64,000 bases of DNA from positions 85,436,001 to 85,500,000 of the forward strand of contig NC_043005.1 in NCBI RefSeq assembly GCF_006345805.1. Direction: 5' to 3'. This document shows, in pieces, positions 27,464-40,580 of this stretch (the stretch's first letter is position 1; every line of letters begins with the position of its first letter). The notes beneath the pieces were generated by a model. That model was not told the origin of the DNA, did not search any database, and saw nothing but the letters and a program-made list of their open reading frames with translations. The DNA comes from Octopus sinensis. Its lineage: Eukaryota. The position numbers were made by a program, and so were the translations under genes.

Positions 27464-28751
27464 TCAGGTCATCCCATATGCTCTGTCCGAATTTGGAATA
27501 AAGAAAACGAGTGATCAAATGTTATATTTAATTGAAATTTAATCATCAATGTACTTTCCCTGATTATCTATGACTTCCTTCCATCTATTTATAAGTTTCT
27601 TAATCCCATCAATGTAAAACTCTTTTGCTTTCAAAGTGAAGAACTCTGAAATGTCAGTTTCGACCTCCTCCTGGCTTGCGAAAGTTATGTCCCCCAAATG
27701 ATTGTGTAAACTACGAAACAAATGGTAGTCTGAAGGAGCAAGGTCAAGAGAATAAGGTGGATGAGGAATTTTTCCCAACTAAGCTCTTCGATCTTCTGTC
27801 ATGTGGTCCTTGCAGCGTGGGGTCACACATTGTCCTGATGAAACACCACTCCTTTTTTGATTCAGTAAAGCGGGTCTTTTTTTCTTTAAAGCTTGGTGCA
27901 AACGCTCTAATTGCTGACAGTGGACTTAACCATTGCTTGTTGCATTAGGTGGCAACAATTCAAAGTGAATTACTCTTTTGCAATGTCACCAGGTAGAGAG
28001 AAGAACCTCTTTCCCATGAAGTTCCCTTCTCGGTTGTGGTTGAGCTTTTCCCCTTTTACCAAGCCACTGTTTATGATGTTTAACATTTCTATAGAAGATC
28101 CATTTTTCATCACCAGTCACAAGTCTATCCAAAAAGGGTGAAATGAGTTCGTGAAAATGGAGAGAAGAGCAGATGTCAACTCGGGATTTGCGGTTGCTTT
28201 CAGACAATTCATGAGGCATCTATTTTCCAAGTTTAGGAACCTTTCCAAGTTGTTAAAGATGACGATGAACAGTTGTATTGCTTGAACTAAGTTTTATTGC
28301 CAATTCTTCAACTGATAATGCAGGATTTTCTTCAAGTAATGCCTCAAGGAGGTTATCATCAAACTCAACTGGACGTCCTGTTCGATCTTCATCTTCAAAG
28401 CTGAAATCTCCACTTCCGAATTTTGCAAAACATCTTCTGCAAGTTCTTTCATTCAAGCATTCTTTTCCATAAACTGAGTATATGTTTCGAGTCGCTTCGA
28501 CTGCAGAGTTTCCTTTTTTCTATTCATAAAGCATTATGTGCCTTAAATGCTCTTTGGATACTTCCATGTTAGAATGGGTTTTAATCAAAGAAATTTTAAT
28601 TCTATTATTCAGTAAAATAATATTTAATTAGTTTAAATGTACACAAAGGCATAAAAATAATTTTTAATTCCATTAGACATTCTAAAATACTATTAAATTT
28701 CATTCAATTTTAAAAAAGGTAAAATCGGACAGAACTTATGGGACGACCTGA
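27464..28751 (-). mobile_element. Full-length mariner DNA transposon (1288 bp), defective
   Basis: TIRs tcaggtcatcccatatgctctgtccga / tcggacagaacttatgggacgacctga, with TA on both sides. Confidence 0.95.
27539..28567 (-). pseudogene. Mariner DD34D transposase pseudogene
   Basis: MEVSKEHLRHIMLYE*KKG...GRP...LDRLVTGDEKWIFY...PHPPYSLDLAPSDYHLF. Contains an in-frame stop and several frameshifts. Confidence 0.93.
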
Positions 28752-29933
28752 TACATGTGTGTGTCTGTATATGTGCACCATTCTAAGTTACAACTCTGCA
28801 CGGTAATCCCATGACAAATATTAACAAGCGAACAGGACTTAGTCCTGCCTTCCTTCTGCACATCAACAGAAAAGTAGATGGGTAAGTAATCATATCTACA
28901 AATCACACCTCTGTATACTGGATAGTTTGTTCATTGTCAATGCAAGTATCTAAACACAATTTTCCGACAACAATCTGCCGCCTGAAGCAAACTGTTCATT
29001 TACTGGGATTTTGGTCCTTTGGTTAGTATAATTTTCTTGTTTTAATTGTCTCCCTTGCTTGTGTTTACTTTACTGAATCATTGTTTAACAATGCTTACCT
29101 CACCTCAACACAGGTATAATTGCTATTAATTAAAGTTATCACGATCACCAGACATGGTGCTAAAATTTACTTCACTATTTATATTCCATTGTAAGATTCT
29201 AGTTCCACAAAATATCGTTGTAAAGCTCGATATTTCAAGTACCATCTGTAACAGATAAAAATTTTTGTTTTAATTTCAAGACTATGTTTGAACTTTGAAT
29301 CTTCACCATCTCCATCATCTTCATCAGATCTTGCAATTATTCCTTGCAGACATTGTCTCTCTCGAATCTTTCCATTGATTTTATTTGATAGCTTTCAAAT
29401 AGTTCAATGAATTTAAAAGACTTTTCATTCGTTAAAGATTCCATCTTATTCAACACAAGAAAATGTTGAAACTTTTTTTTTTCCCAACAGGATAGTTTTG
29501 TTTTACTTTCGTTCTTTATTAATTCATTCTATAAGCGATATCTCCATTCTTTCTTATTATTTCTGATAGCGTTTCATTATCTATTAAGTTGATAAGTCGT
29601 ATTTTTATCAATACAGCGATATTATATACATTCATTCACTGTGCAACCAACACATCATTGTGTTCAGCAGCAGCAGCCGCAGCAGTAGCCTCCTTGTATC
29701 GATGTTACAACTGTCTTTTCTCTTATATTCATCACATATGTATTACAACTATACATTTGAATATACATCTGTTAAATGAATCACAGACATTTCCATCCTT
29801 CATAGCATAACAGATCTATAAATGTATATAGACGTGTATAGTGAAAGCTTAGTGAAATCTTAGTGGTTTATGTATTTGGCTCATGATTCTAAGGATGTGA
29901 GTTCAATTCCCAGCAGCAGGTTGTGTCCTTGGG

Positions 29934-30196
29934 CAGTGGCTCGGGAAAATTCGCTATGGGGGTGCAAACTCAGGCCCAAAACTTTTACAAATAAGGTCAT
30001 GTCTTTTAATTCATTTAATTATGTTCTTTGTTCAATGAGAAGAAACCTAATCCAAGGTTCCTTTCACAGACCACAGATCACTCACTGTTTTCTAAACCCG
30101 CGAAAAGTAAGTAGGGGTGCAAATTTTGATTTTGCACCCCTCAAAAATGTTAGGGGTTGCAAGTGTATCACCTGTACCCCTGTTCTCGAGCCCATG
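29934..30196. mobile_element. hAT-type MITE (263 bp) inserted in a SINE remnant
   Basis: 8-bp TSD tccttggg at 29926-29933 and 30197-30204. Imperfect TIRs cagtggctcgggaa / ttctcgagcccatg. Confidence 0.85.
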
Positions 30197-30486
30197 TCCT
30201 TGGGCAAGATATTTTATTTCATTTTGCTTGCAAAGACATCTGAATATAGCCAAATCCTTTAAAGATGAGTCTGACTAAAATATTTCGTTTTTGGATTTGG
30301 TTTGCAAGATTCTTTATATGATTTCGAGTGTGAAAAAGAAAATGACTCTCCCCAGACACAACAGAATCTGAATAGAATGTTTCTTTGAATAAGTGCCAAC
30401 CAATGTTGGTGCATTCGCCAAACTATGACTGGCTGAAATACGGTTTGTATGACAGAGCTTGCTGGAGCCTACTGGAACGTGTTTAA

Positions 30487-30717
30487 CCCTTTCAACCTGG
30501 AGTTCTTTCTCAAGAATTTTTCCTCAAGTTGGCAATGGCGGTGGAGTTTGTAGGCGTGTGAGCCTTTTGAGTTGCCGTTATAGCATCATACACTTCAATC
30601 GTATGTCTGGCACTACATACCAGAAAAACCATAGCGGTACTACACTGCATCACATAAATGGGGATTTTAGAGATTTGGGTTATAAAATTTTTAACTGTAC
30701 CAGCCGGTCCGAAAGGG
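30487..30717. mobile_element. piggyBac-type MITE (231 bp)
   Basis: TTAA-ccctttc...gaaaggg-TTAA. Confidence 0.75.
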
Positions 30718-30863
30718 TTAAAGAACAAATTCAAGCATTCCACTACGGTTATCAATTATAAAACATAACTGTCGGTTAATACTGCTACTATAGACGTCTG
30801 AATATTGCAGAAAACATGAAATTACATGTCTTTTAACAGTGGTCTTATCATAATATTTAATAG

Positions 30864-31213
30864 CACAGTTCTATATTTAAGAGATGAGGAATTATGTACA
30901 TTATTTACATTATTTACATTTGATGGATATTTGCCCTCGTTTTGTTTCTTGTTAACACAATGTTTCAGCAGATATACCCTCCAGCCTTCATCAAGTGTTT
31001 TGGGGAAATTTTGAACCTGGGTTCTCATTCCTAAGGTATTTTTCGATGTTACCATCATCATCATCATCATCATCATTATTATCATTATTATCATTATCTT
31101 AATATTATTATTATTAAGGTCACTGATTGGAATCGAACTCGGAATCTTGGTTAAGTGATTAAGAGCGGGGGCTACTAAACCCAAAATTCCGAGTTCGATT
31201 CCAGGCAGTGACG

Positions 31214-31250
<37 letters not shown>

Positions 31251-31309
31251 TAATAATAATAATAATTATAATAATAATGATAATAATAATAATAATAATG
31301 ATGATGATG

Positions 31310-31370
<61 letters not shown>

Positions 31371-31545
31371 TAACAATAACAACAACAACAACATCAAAAA
31401 ATACCTTAGGCGTGAGAACCCAGGTTTTAAATTTCCCTCAAGACACCTGATGAGGGCTGGAGGGTATATCAGCCGAAACGTTGTGTTAACAACAAACAAA
31501 ATGAGGACAAATATCCGTCAAATGTAAATAATATAAATAATTTTT
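30864..31545. mobile_element. Inverted dimer of a tRNA-headed element with (AAT)n body and hammerhead-bearing tail
   Basis: tRNA-like head 31149-31212 with B box gagttcgattcc, then (aat)n, then tail with HHR. The mirror copy is 30864-31150. Another tail copy lies at 63878-64000. Confidence 0.75.
31442..31487 (+). ncRNA. Minimal type I hammerhead ribozyme motif
   Basis: gacac-CTGATGA-g-ggctg(gagggtatat)cagcc-GAAACGTT-gtgtt. Helix III is reduced to palindromic aacgtt, as in Penelope-type minimal HHRs. Confidence 0.7.
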
Positions 31546-31618
31546 AATATTGTAAAATTGTAAAAACGTGAGAAATACAAAAATGAAATGCAAAATCCAG
31601 ACGATGTTGGAATGTCAT

Positions 31619-31658
<40 letters not shown>

Positions 31659-31841
31659 AAACTTAACTAGCTTCACAGATCTCTTCCATGTCTATGAAAC
31701 TGGCTAAGCCCTGCAAAATCTAAAAAATAAAAATCTAAATGAACCCCAGTGCATTTTCAACTTCTCTTTTCTATATTTCTTCCTATGTTGAATAAACTTT
31801 GTGCTATACATATATATATATATATATATAATATATATATA

Positions 31842-32105
31842 TGAATAAAATAGGAGTTAACGCAGGTTTAAACAAGTATTTTTACTTTCGACACATGTTT
31901 CGAAAATTCCACTGATACTATTCAAAAGAATAAATGGTATAAACAATGCAATCTTCTCTTCGGGAAAGTGAAAAAAACGAAACTCGTCAATACGACATTT
32001 TAGCAAAAAATGATGGATTTGTATAGCGATAGAGAGAACGCTATTAATATTGTTTAAAAAACGTTATATGATATAACGTCATAAGTAGCTAACAAGGTAA
32101 ACATA
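31842..32105 (-). mobile_element. Penelope-like 3' terminal fragment with degenerate hammerhead
   Basis: Homologous to 48893-49280. Minus strand actttc-CCGAAGA...GAAACatgtGTC-gaaagt. Confidence 0.65.
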
Positions 32106-32144
32106 CACTCATCTATTTATAATACTTATATATATTATATATAT

Positions 32145-32175
<31 letters not shown>

Positions 32176-32245
32176 CTTTATATATATAAAATTTATGAAT
32201 AAATGAAAGAATGGAGTTGAACGACAAATTAACAAATTTCCTTTA

Positions 32246-32328
32246 TTTTCGACATATGTTTCGAAGACTTCATATTCCTAATTGTGAAGGAATAAGGAGT
32301 ACATTATGCCGCTTTCTCATCAGGAAAA
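32246..32328 (-). ncRNA. Type I hammerhead motif with long helix II, in a Penelope-like fragment
   Basis: ttttc-CTGATGA-gaaag...cttc-GAAACatatGTC-gaaaa. Confidence 0.65.
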
Positions 32329-32694
32329 ACAAGGAATTTATGTCAACATCAAGATTCACAAAAACTTTTAGATGACTGCTCTCACAGAGCGCATAGCGAT
32401 AATGTAAGAACACTAAACCCATGTAATTCTAAAGTAAGCTTTTTTTTCTTTATTTAGTTTTTATTATTTTTTCTTACAGTACTACTGGTGACTATTCTTT
32501 GACAACTCAGATTCTTAAAGTGAATTTATTGTCTTTCTTGTATGAAACGATCATAGAGCGAAATGAATAAGAAATATTTTATTCCATATTAACATCTAAT
32601 CTCAATTTACGAAAAATATGATTGAATTTGTCAAACCTCGTTCTATAACTTAAATCATATAATTAATATATATATATATATATATATATATACT

Positions 32695-32890
32695 TAACCG
32701 TGTGTGTATCGTTGGCGATTTGCTTCCTCCGCCTTCCCTTCCTTTGAACTTTCCTCTATTTCTGAAGAAGAGCAAGGCTAGAAACGTTAAATCCTCTTCC
32801 TTTCCTTTCTTGAGCATCTGATAATACTGTACTTGTACAACACACTCGCGTTATTGTTATTTCTTGTTTGTTCTTCTTTGTTTGGATTCA
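32695..32890 (+). mobile_element. Family F element with minimal hammerhead motif (32758-32792)
   Basis: attt-CTGAAGA-agagcaaggcta-GAAACGTT-aaat. Flanked by (TA)n on both sides. Confidence 0.62.
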
Positions 32891-32902
32891 CTATATATAT
32901 AT

Positions 32903-33308
32903 AGGAGTGGCTGTGTGGTAAGTAGCTTGCTAACCAACCACATGGTTCCTGGTTCAGTCCCACTGCGTGGCATCTTGGGCAAGTGTCTTCTGCTATAGCC
33001 CCGGGCCGACCAATGCCTTGTGAGTGGATTTGGTAGACGGAAACTGAAAGAAGCTTGTCGTATATATGTATATATATATGTATGTGTGTTTGTTTGTGTG
33101 TCTGTGTTTGTCCCGCTAGCATTGCTTGACAACCGATGCTGGTGTGTTTATGTCCCCGTTACTTAGCGGTTCGGCAAAAGAGACCGATAGAATAAGTACT
33201 GGGCTTACAAAAAAGAATAAGTCCCGGGGTCGAGTTGCTCGATTAAAGGCGGTACTCCAGCATGGCCGCAGTCAAATGACTGAAACAAGTAAAAGAGTAA
33301 AAAAGAGT
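32903..33308 (+). mobile_element. SINE family B, near full length
   Basis: Very similar to 17115-17523. Confidence 0.92.
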
Positions 33309-33828
33309 ATACATACAGTACAAAAGCTGCCCGATAGGGTAGCTTTTAGTCTCGTATATAGCTTTTAAGCAACTGACTCTGAATGGGAAGATCTGCAATT
33401 GCTTCCTCCAGAATTATATCCCAATGATGATCATGTTCGTCGCAAAAAAATCATGTAAAAACATCGTTGAAAACAATTGCAGTAATGGAAACATAGGAAT
33501 CCAAAATTTCAAGATTGCAGGACTGGATTCGACTTGGAATGTTTTTAATTTACTCACAGAGTTGGCCTTTAGATTATAAAAATTGTTATCATACAAAGAA
33601 ATTTGTCACAAAATGTCATGTAAAACAATTGCTGAAAATAATCACAGTAATGAAAACTTGGAAATCCCAAATTTCAGGATTGTGGGTCCGGATTCAATCC
33701 AGAATGCTTTGAATTTTCTTGCAGAATCAGCCTGATTCCAAAATGATATTTTGGACTACAGCTTCTAGGAGTAAAGTTGAAAAGTGTGACACGTTGACAC
33801 ACTGAAATTCGCATTTATTATATTATAT

Positions 33829-34044
33829 TAAGGCGGCGAGCTGACAGAATCGTTAGCACACTGGGCGAAATGCTTAGCAGTATTTTGTCTGCTGTTAGGA
33901 TTTGAGTTCGAATTCCGGCGAGGTCGACTTTGCCTTTCATCCTTTTGGGGTCGATAAAATTAGTACCAATTACATACTGGGGACGATGTAATTGACTTAA
34001 TCCCTTCCTCCCAAATATGAGGCCTTATGCTTCCAGTAGGAAGG
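33829..34044 (+). mobile_element. SINE family A
   Basis: aaggcggcgagctgacagaatcgttagc...gagttcgaattcc...gaggtcgactttgcctttcatcc. Confidence 0.88.
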
Positions 34045-34607
34045 ATTTGTTAAAGTTGAAAAAGTGTGACACAATGACATTCACATTTATTATATTAGAT
34101 ATGCTTAATTTTGGGGTAAGTTTATTTCAATTAACGTGTACTTTATGTGTGTGTGTGTGTATGTACATGTATATATGTATATGTATTCAAGAAAGCAAAA
34201 ATTAAGCAAAAAATAGAACAATACCAAAAAAATGAAACAAAAATGATAGTGTTCAGTATGTTGGCCACATGAATTTCTGTCAAAGAGACATGGTTAATCA
34301 AAGTTGTACATCTCCCACTTTCTCTCACATTCCCACTCTTTCTCTCTCTTTTATTATTACTCCCACTACCACCATCAACACTACTATTTTTAATAAAACA
34401 TCAACTCACCCTAAATTTATTTGTCTCTCTTTCTCTCCCTCTCTTTTCTTTCTCTTTCTGTCTGTCTTTACAACTGCCTTCACTGATACTATTACTCTCA
34501 CCTCAGCATGCGGAATAGTAGGAGTGCCCCTGAACAGCGAGAGAAAGGATCTGAATGTGACACACTGACACACAGAAATTAGTTTGCGCATTTATTATAT
34601 ATATAGA

Positions 34608-35193
34608 TGCATGAGTGGCTGTGTGGTAAGAAGCTTGCTTCCCAACCACATAGTTCCAGGTTAAGTCCCTCTTGTGTGGACGCCCCCACTGACGATGAAG
34701 TAGGCTAGCCCAATACGTAGTTATAGAGGGAGAACAGTTGAGTAGCAGTCAGAGAGTAGTAGACTAGAACAGAGTAGCAGAATAGAAGAGTAGAGTAGTT
34801 GAGAGCAGAGAATTGGGTTGAGTAGAAGGCATCCGAACGTGCGACATCACAGTCCCGCTGCATGGTACCTTGGGCAAGTGTCTTCTACTATAGCTTCGGG
34901 CCAACCAAAGCCTTGTGAGTGGATTTGGTAGATGGAAACTGAAAGAAGCTTATATGTATGTATTTGTGTGTCTGTGTTTGTACCCCCACCCCACCACCAT
35001 CGCTTGACAACTGATGTTGGTGTGTTTACGTCCCTGTAACTTAGCGATGGTTCAGCAAAAATGACTGATAGAATAAGTACTAGGCTTACAGAGAATGAGT
35101 CCATAAGTCCTGGGGGGGGGGGGCGATTTGCTCAGCTAAGGGCGGTGCTTTAGCATGGCCACAGTCAAATGACTAAAACAAAAGAATAAAAGA
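34608..35193 (+). mobile_element. SINE family B interrupted by a solo LTR-like insert
   Basis: The head is split at agtccc. Confidence 0.85.
34670..34851. mobile_element. Probable short solo LTR (182 bp)
   Basis: TSD gtccc at 34665-34669 and 34852-34856. Right end ...catcaCA; left end tcttgtg (TG is imperfect). Confidence 0.6.
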
Positions 35194-35257
<64 letters not shown>

Positions 35258-35623
35258 TATATATATAGATAGATAGATAGATAGATAGATGCAACCATAT
35301 ATGTCTCTATATCACCATGAAATTCCATGCTCTATGGTTGCCAAACATATTAAAGAGTATGTGTGTGTGTATATATCTATATATAAGTATACGTCCATTT
35401 GTGATTACATTAGTAGGAGTATTGCTGTCATCTATACCATGCTGTATCTCTCCATTTTATCTAGTTATTGCATAATTTATATATAACTGTTCTTCTTCAT
35501 TTATTATGTGTTCGTCACGTAACTAATGTCTATTTTCAAATAATTCATCTTTTTAATGTATTATTTATTCCACGGACTTTCACATATAACTTCACACACA
35601 TATGTATATTTGTATATATATAC

Positions 35624-35655
<32 letters not shown>

Positions 35656-35718
35656 CTATATATATTATATATATATATATAATATATATACATATATATA
35701 TATGTATATATATATAAC

Positions 35719-35771
<53 letters not shown>

Positions 35772-35861
35772 GTGTGTGTGTATATATATATACATATATA
35801 TATGTATATATATACATATATACATGTGTGTGAAGTTATACACACACACACACACACACAT

Positions 35862-35931
<70 letters not shown>

Positions 35932-36948
35932 TGCATATATAACGACTACATATATATACATGTATACATTGATATTGTTAAATCCATTATCATATCTCTC
36001 ACTACATATTTTCGTTTTTTTTTCTTTTTGTAGTTACTCTCAATCTACAATAATTTCCAATAGTTCTTTGTGGACAGCGTGAAGCTGGATGTGACAACCA
36101 TTAACCATATTCAAAAGCATTACACATTACTTCATCACATGCATTAGAATGAACTTTAGCTAATCTAGATACATTGTGGTAACAGAAAACAAAATACGTC
36201 TCCGCTGCCAAGGAAACGTTAAAAAATACAGGTCAGACAAAGCAGTCTCTGTCTATAGCCAAAGGGAAACTGCAAATATTTCAGGGATAATACAGCTGAT
36301 GAAAGGTGGTATGAACCTCTTGCATTTACAGGAAGACAGCTATACAATACAACTTACTGACCAACAAAGTTCATCAAGTATAAAGGAAGCTTTTTGAAAT
36401 TGGGTGAACAATACTGTTTCTCATTACAGTTTGTGCTTTGCCTTGACTAACAGTTACTTAGTGTTATACGATCACTTCCTGTTGATGGTCTTAATTCTGC
36501 TTTAGGTCTGAAAACATTTTCAAAGTTTGTTAGTGATATGCATCTTTTAAAATTCTGGTTAAACTGCATAGATCTCAAACAATGTGGTATTTCTTCCAAA
36601 GGTTATGGGGCTCTGTACATCTAACGATATTTCAAGATTGAAATGAACAGGTGTAGGAAAGGCTGCGTGGTTAACATCTTTGTTTCCCAGCCACAAGGGT
36701 GTCAGGTTCAGTCCAACCCTGTGACACCTTTGGCATGACGATGTGGTGCTGTAACTTTCACAATTATCCATGCACGCACAAGCAATCATATACACACATG
36801 CACAGATATATACACATGCATACACAAGCACATGCACATACATGCACAAACATACATAGGCATATACATGCACACAAACATCCACATACACACATAGACA
36901 CACATACCCACATACACACATAGATACATGCACATGCACACACACGCG

Positions 36949-37868
36949 TGTTTTATTTGTCAAGTTACAACAAAGGTGACCTAGCATTCAAAGTAGAGGC
37001 CATCGTGTTGCATCATTTTTGAAGCCACCACTGCATAATCGCTGCTTATGCACGTTAGGAGCGCAGTTCCTTTCTATAGCTCACTTGCTGTGTTCACGCC
37101 ACTTCAACCATCAAGAAGAGGTGGAAGCTTAAGTGAAGGGTTTCTTCATGTAGTGGTTAAGTGTGTATCAGCATGTGTTAAGGTGAACAAATGCGATAGG
37201 CATGTGGATGCCTTTGAAGTAAACAAACAAATGACATCGATCCACGGTAAAATAATTTATTTACTGTACTTGCATTTGCCTTTGGTATACAATAGTCTTC
37301 ACTACATGTAGTTGTTGACAACTCTTACGATTTGCTAGTAATAGAAAGAGGGAACATCTGTGTGTGTCGTTTATTTGAGAAAGTAGTCTGCCATCAACCT
37401 TTCTATCTGCCAGTGTGCCATGAACTTTCAGTCTGTCTGCCAAAGCCTTTCTTACCTGCGTCCTAGGCTTTTCTGTCCATCTCTCCGTGGCAGCTAGAAG
37501 GACAGACATACTGCAGCAGTGATCAGACCTAAATAGGTCAGTTCCTGTCCATTTGAACTTTGCCTGACATGGTTGAGGTCGTAAGTCAAAGGGAGATGAT
37601 CAATCACTTTTTGACAGGACAAAGAAAACCTTTTTTTCGCGCCTGTTGATCGTAGTGGTTTGGATGACCAAGAATCCTTAGATTCGGTTTCGAATCTATG
37701 CTTGGAGAAGGAAGTGTTAATTTTTACATTCACTTCAAAGGACAAGAACTACAGTAGTATCGGCATGGGATCAAAGAACGGAAAGGAAGATGGCTTTAGA
37801 TGCTGCAACACGATGGCCTCTACTTTGAATGCTAGGTTTCTTTTGTCATACCTTGATGAATAAAGCAA
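36949..37868. mobile_element. Unclassified ~920-bp element with ~80-bp inverted termini
   Basis: Perfect 34-bp IR acctagcattcaaagtagaggccatcgtgttgca at 36979-37012 and 37804-37837, extending imperfectly in both directions. Confidence 0.7.
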
Positions 37869-38284
37869 ATAGATTATCCAAAATCTTGCAAAACTTTTGA
37901 CTCAGCTCTATATATTAGAACTCAGGCCTAAAAAGTATCAGAACATTATTGAATTCCAGTGTATAACCAGAAATTAATGTAATGAAATGAAGTGGAAATG
38001 CTTTAAGAGAGAATATTATGCTTAAATCGGATGATGAAAGAAGACTTATAGGAGTTGTGTTTAAAGGATGACATCTGATTTTTGTTAAACAAGTTGTTCC
38101 CTTCAGAATATCTTCTGAAACATTGGGGAACAATATAAAAATGGACATAAAAATTTTTAATTGAACAAAGAAAATTTAATCATCTCAACATCATTGAATT
38201 ATTTTCATAAGAATACATTTCAGCCTTAGAAATTGTCTCTAAAATAAAAACACAAAACTTCTACATATATATGTGTGTATATAT

Positions 38285-38315
<31 letters not shown>

Positions 38316-38378
38316 CTTTATATATATATGTGTATGTATATATTATATTATATATATATAATATATATATATTATAAT

Positions 38379-38425
<47 letters not shown>

Positions 38426-38556
38426 CATTATATATAGATAAAATTATATGTATGTGTGTGGTGTGTACATATATATAAAAATATAGTATATATACATATA
38501 TATATGTATATATATACATATACATACATACATACATACACACACACCACACACAT

Positions 38557-38604
<48 letters not shown>

Positions 38605-39067
38605 CCACTCGTACGGTACCTTACAACTTCACTTTGTTATATATATGTATATATACCCTTCTCCTCCAAACGTATATATGTGTCCATACGTGTATGTGTG
38701 TGTGTGTATATAATAGAGCTTATGTGCACTATCTAAAAATTCTATCTTCAGGTATTAGAACAAAGGGCTGCCATCCTTTTGAAATAAGTAATATTTCAAA
38801 GCCATATTTTGAAGAAAGAGATCGATTCATTATACGATGACAAAAATATGAAGAAGAACCGCACTGTAATTATGTTGGAGAAACATGTAAGAAGGTAAGC
38901 ACACTCCTCGGCTTTTAGTGCATGTGAAAGTATATAAAGCAGCTGGACCCCTCCCACCTCCTATAATTAGCATGGAATATTCACCTTTTATATAAAGAAG
39001 TAATAAATGAGACCATTGTTGTAGTGGATAGCATAATTTGCCTATTTGAGTCTTAAATAGCTTATCA

Positions 39068-39432
39068 TTATTACCTCGGCCTTAGCGAAGGCAGAGGTAT
39101 TGTTTACAGTTGTGTTTGTTTGTTTGTCCGTGGACAAGATATCTCAAGAACCGCTGGATGGATTCAGATGAAACTTTCAGAGATGTTTGGCCTCATAACT
39201 GGCACAAACCGATTTTTGGGATCAATCTGATACCAGACAAGGATTCTGGATTATTTTTCCTGATTCGTTTTTACTTAATAATTGAGAGCTGTCAGGTTCA
39301 TTCTTATTATTCACTTTTGTGAGAGCAGTCGAGTTTATTTCAGATATTCTCATTTAAAAATCATCTCTGGTTAATCGTTGAGAAGACGGTGTTGCTTTGG
39401 CAGAGACTTGAGCTCTCTGAGTGTTTTTGTTT
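39068..39432 (+). mobile_element. Helentron/DINE-1-like non-autonomous element
   Basis: ttattacctcggcc...ggcagagg 5' hairpin, (tgtt)n, sub-terminal ttggcagag and 3' stem-loop gagctctctgagtgttt, in T-rich flanks. Confidence 0.7.
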
Positions 39433-39559
39433 AATATAAATTTTTTGCATAGCTCAGTGTTAATCACAAGAACTGAAACAACGGCTGGTTTACTGTTTTC
39501 CTTTCAGCTACCATCAGAATTTGCTGGAAAATTTTCCTATCCAAGATGCACTTTGCACT

Positions 39560-39945
39560 GGCTGGCCAACTGAGATTCACAGTAACAAAATGAAGGAGTT
39601 AATTGACATCGACCCTTTTTATATGACCATTATGATAACATATATTCTCTAAATAACTAAATTGAGTGTTTAAAAGCATCAGCAGGGTCAATGTTCGGGT
39701 CTTCACATCAAATGAATGAGGTCAAATCATTGTAGAAACATGAAGAAAACGATCCATTTTTTGAAAAGAATGGCAACAAGGGACGAAAATGAGTATACCA
39801 TAACAATATAAAGTGCAAACGATCATTGGCGATGTGTGGTGCATCACTAAAAATAACCTCCAAAGGTGGACTTCACCTAAAAATGTTATGTGTTTAATTT
39901 GATGGAATTGTTGTTTTTTTATGAGCATCTTCCTGAAGACAAGAA
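39560..39945 (+). pseudogene. Highly decayed mariner transposase fragment
   Basis: Across frameshifts: ENDPF.KRMATRDE..., NNIKCKRS, KGGLHLK, FYEHLPED. Confidence 0.65.
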
Positions 39946-40534
39946 AACAGGTAGGGCTGTAGCCTTCCATTCAGTATGTACCATCAGCACACACACACAC
40001 ACATATATATACACACACAAACACACTCACACCACAACATACACACACACATATACATACATACATATATACATACGTACATATATATATATATATATAT
40101 AATAAATATATATATATATACATACATACATAAATACATATATATATATACATATACATACATATATATGTGTGCATTGTGTGTGTGTTGTGTGTATGTA
40201 TGTGCGTGTGTGCAAGTGTTTGTGTACACACACTCAAACACAGAAATATAAGTATATAAAACTCAGCATGCAAGGCAAATGACGAATTTGTTTTTCAAAA
40301 ATATTTTCAATTCCAGAGAAGGGAAAATTAACATTCAATGCCAATTATGACCGATTCTAAACGAAAGGGGAAACATGGTCTCAAAAAGCGAAGACTTTTC
40401 CTAAATTGGCATGCCATTGAGGAATGGTAGGCTAACCATCTGAAGACAAGAAAACAGGTAGGGCTGTAGCCTTCCACTCAGTGTGTACCATCAGCACACA
40501 CAGATACAGACACATACACACACATACACACGCG

Positions 40535-40580
<46 letters not shown>

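Noticed and set aside
31149-31212. Functional tRNA gene (likewise the SINE heads at 17115, 33829 and 52215)
   Set aside because: The cloverleaf is incomplete and fused to repeat bodies, so these are treated as tRNA-derived SINE heads.
38752-38894. Exon-like segment (cttcag| ... AAG|gtaagc)
   Set aside because: All three frames contain a stop and no partner exons were found. It could be a non-coding or dead exon, but this is unsupported.
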